Shown here: positions 62,496-64,000 of the stretch, piece by piece
Layout of the letters: each line of letters starts with the position of its first letter
How positions within the stretch are numbered: the stretch's first letter is position 1
Source of the DNA: Centroscyllium fabricii
Lineage: Eukaryota
Assembly: GCA_051313645.2 (NCBI GenBank)
Contig: JBNRSN020000005.1
Location: 192,572,001-192,636,000, forward strand
Length of the DNA: 64,000 bases
Direction: 5' to 3'
Translations under genes and position numbers: made by a program
Notes under the pieces: generated by a model
The model's input: the letters and a program-made list of their open reading frames with translations, nothing else
What the model was told of the DNA's origin: nothing
Database searches by the model: none

Positions 62496-64000
62496 TGTCA
62501 TAGGTTGGATTCCCCTTTAACTCCTAGGTGGGCTCTTCTCCTTTAAACTGGTCAGCACCTCGTTAACTACTGCATGCACCTGATTGGACAGCCCAGATTA
62601 ACCAGTAGTATCTAGAGCTGTATATAAGCTCCCACTTTTCACCATGAGGTTGCCAGATCGTTAATTCTTCTGACTGTGATACTTATGTTTTGTTCCTAGC
62701 TCTCTGATCCTGTCTGTTCGTGATACTGACCTGCTTACTGGAAACTTGGATTTTCTTCTGCTTGAACTCTGTTTTGGATTGTCGCTCCCATGGACGGACT
62801 ACCCGGTATATTACTGTTTCTGAATTTGGATTCTCTCCTGCCTGAACTCTGTTTTGGACTTGTTGCCTCCGTGAACTTTCTGCCGTTATTGACCTACTGT
62901 TTCTCATGTCGTTGACTGCTCAGAAATAAAGGAGTTTACTTCTACGTATGTTTTCAGTGTATTGCATTTGGGCCCAACCTACAACCGTTACAGAACGATC
63001 TGGCCAGAAATGGACCCAGCAGACACACCGAATCGTCTTGCGCAGATCGAGGGCCTCCTACAACAACTGGGGCAGGCCTTGGAAGGGCTAACAGCCCGAG
63101 TTGAGCAGCTAACCGTTGCCCGGATCCAACAGGCAGCTTCGAATCCGGCAGAGACCCTACCACCACCAGTTCTTGCTCCAGCATCGGGGTCGGCAACCAT
63201 GCCTCACCCACAAGGCCTCACACCCGAACCCCGGGTCGGGGTCCCGGAGCGTTATACCGGTGAACCTGAGCAATGCAATCCCTTCCTCACAAACTGTTCC
63301 ATTCTTTTTTCATTGCAACCCCACACCTTTGCCAATGAGGCGGCAAGGGTAGCCTTTGCTATTAACCACCTTACAGGAAGAGCTCGTCTCTGGGGAACCG
63401 CCGAGTGGGAGAGAGAGACTCTGGCTTGCTCTTCCTTCCAGAGATTCGCCATCGAATTAAGAAAGGTGTTCGGCATGGTGACCTACGGCTCTGAAGCAGC
63501 TCGGGGACTCATGAATCTGAGCCAGGGTAATCAGACAGTGGCAGACTATTCCATAGACTTCCGAATCAGAGCTCGTCAGAGTGATTGGAACTCTGCTGCA
63601 TTAGGTGACGTTTTTCTTCATGGGCTTGCAGAGTACATCAAGGATGACCTGGTCTCCTATGATCTCCCTTCCACCCTGGATGAACTAATTAGTCTTGCCA
63701 CCAGGATCGATCTCCGTATCCAGGCGCGTCGACGTGAGAGACGACTGGGAACGACTGGTCGACCTCCTCCAAAACGGTCTCAAGAGATATTCGTGGCGCC
63801 CAGGTCTACTGCGACAGCAGGGTCACAGCCAGTGGGCCCCGAACCAATGCAGTTGGGTCGCACCAGTCTCTCATTGGTGGAGCATGAACGACGCCGCCAG
63901 GGGAATCTCTGTTTGTACTGCGGCCAGGCCGGCCATTTTGTTTCCCAATGCCCAGTAAAAGGCCGGACTCACCAGTAGATGGAGTCGTACTGGTGAGTCG
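62496..64000 (+). mobile_element. Sushi/Tf1-like Gypsy element D (5' LTR plus gag), running off the window
   Basis: LTR 62496-62992 (TGTCA...TTACA), TATATAA at 62621, AATAAA at about 62925; gag follows directly. Confidence 0.9.
63010..63978 (+). CDS. Sushi-like Gag (PEG10/RTL-related family), intact
   Basis: MDPA start, PERYTG..C..FL, LTGRARLW, LSQG...VADYSIDF, EPMQLG, CLYCGQAGHFVSQC. Confidence 0.92.
   Translation: MDPADTPNRLAQIEGLLQQLGQALEGLTARVEQLTVARIQQAASNPAETLPPPVLAPASGSATMPHPQGLTPEPRVGVPERYTGEPEQCNPFLTNCSILFSLQPHTFANEAARVAFAINHLTGRARLWGTAEWERETLACSSFQRFAIELRKVFGMVTYGSEAARGLMNLSQGNQTVADYSIDFRIRARQSDWNSAALGDVFLHGLAEYIKDDLVSYDLPSTLDELISLATRIDLRIQARRRERRLGTTGRPPPKRSQEIFVAPRSTATAGSQPVGPEPMQLGRTSLSLVEHERRRQGNLCLYCGQAGHFVSQCPVKGRTHQ

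Noticed and set aside
63010-63978. Domesticated PEG10/RTL-like host gene
   Set aside because: It is directly preceded by an LTR and primer site, so it is an ordinary retrotransposon gag.

Overview
This is a repeat-saturated eukaryotic window, almost certainly from a cartilaginous fish, judging by the HE1-like V-SINEs, HER1/CR1-like LINE tails and a GPR139/142-like receptor. I found no intact host gene. The host-type sequences are a two-exon GPR139/142-like GPCR pseudogene (minus strand, 16.3-kb TE-filled intron) and a C2H2 zinc-finger remnant. The rest is seven Ty3/Gypsy elements plus a solo LTR (four nested at 49-64 kb), CR1, Rex1/Babar and Penelope fragments, SINEs, a decayed two-gene Harbinger, several 3-bp-TSD MITEs and seven tandem repeats. 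The strongest signal is that two diverged Gypsy elements (19834-25362 and 51114-62466) have no tRNA primer-binding site. Instead each has a perfect 12-13 bp helix with compensating differences between the PBS position and the ATTAAA-containing segment of its own LTR, plus a conserved U5 hairpin, suggesting tRNA-independent priming and/or poly(A) masking. Also notable are a Sushi-like element with Tf1-type self-priming and a frameshift hairpin, and a TAA-flanked TIR element carrying mosaic cargo. All calls come from reading the sequence by eye; family names are from recalled motifs, not searches.
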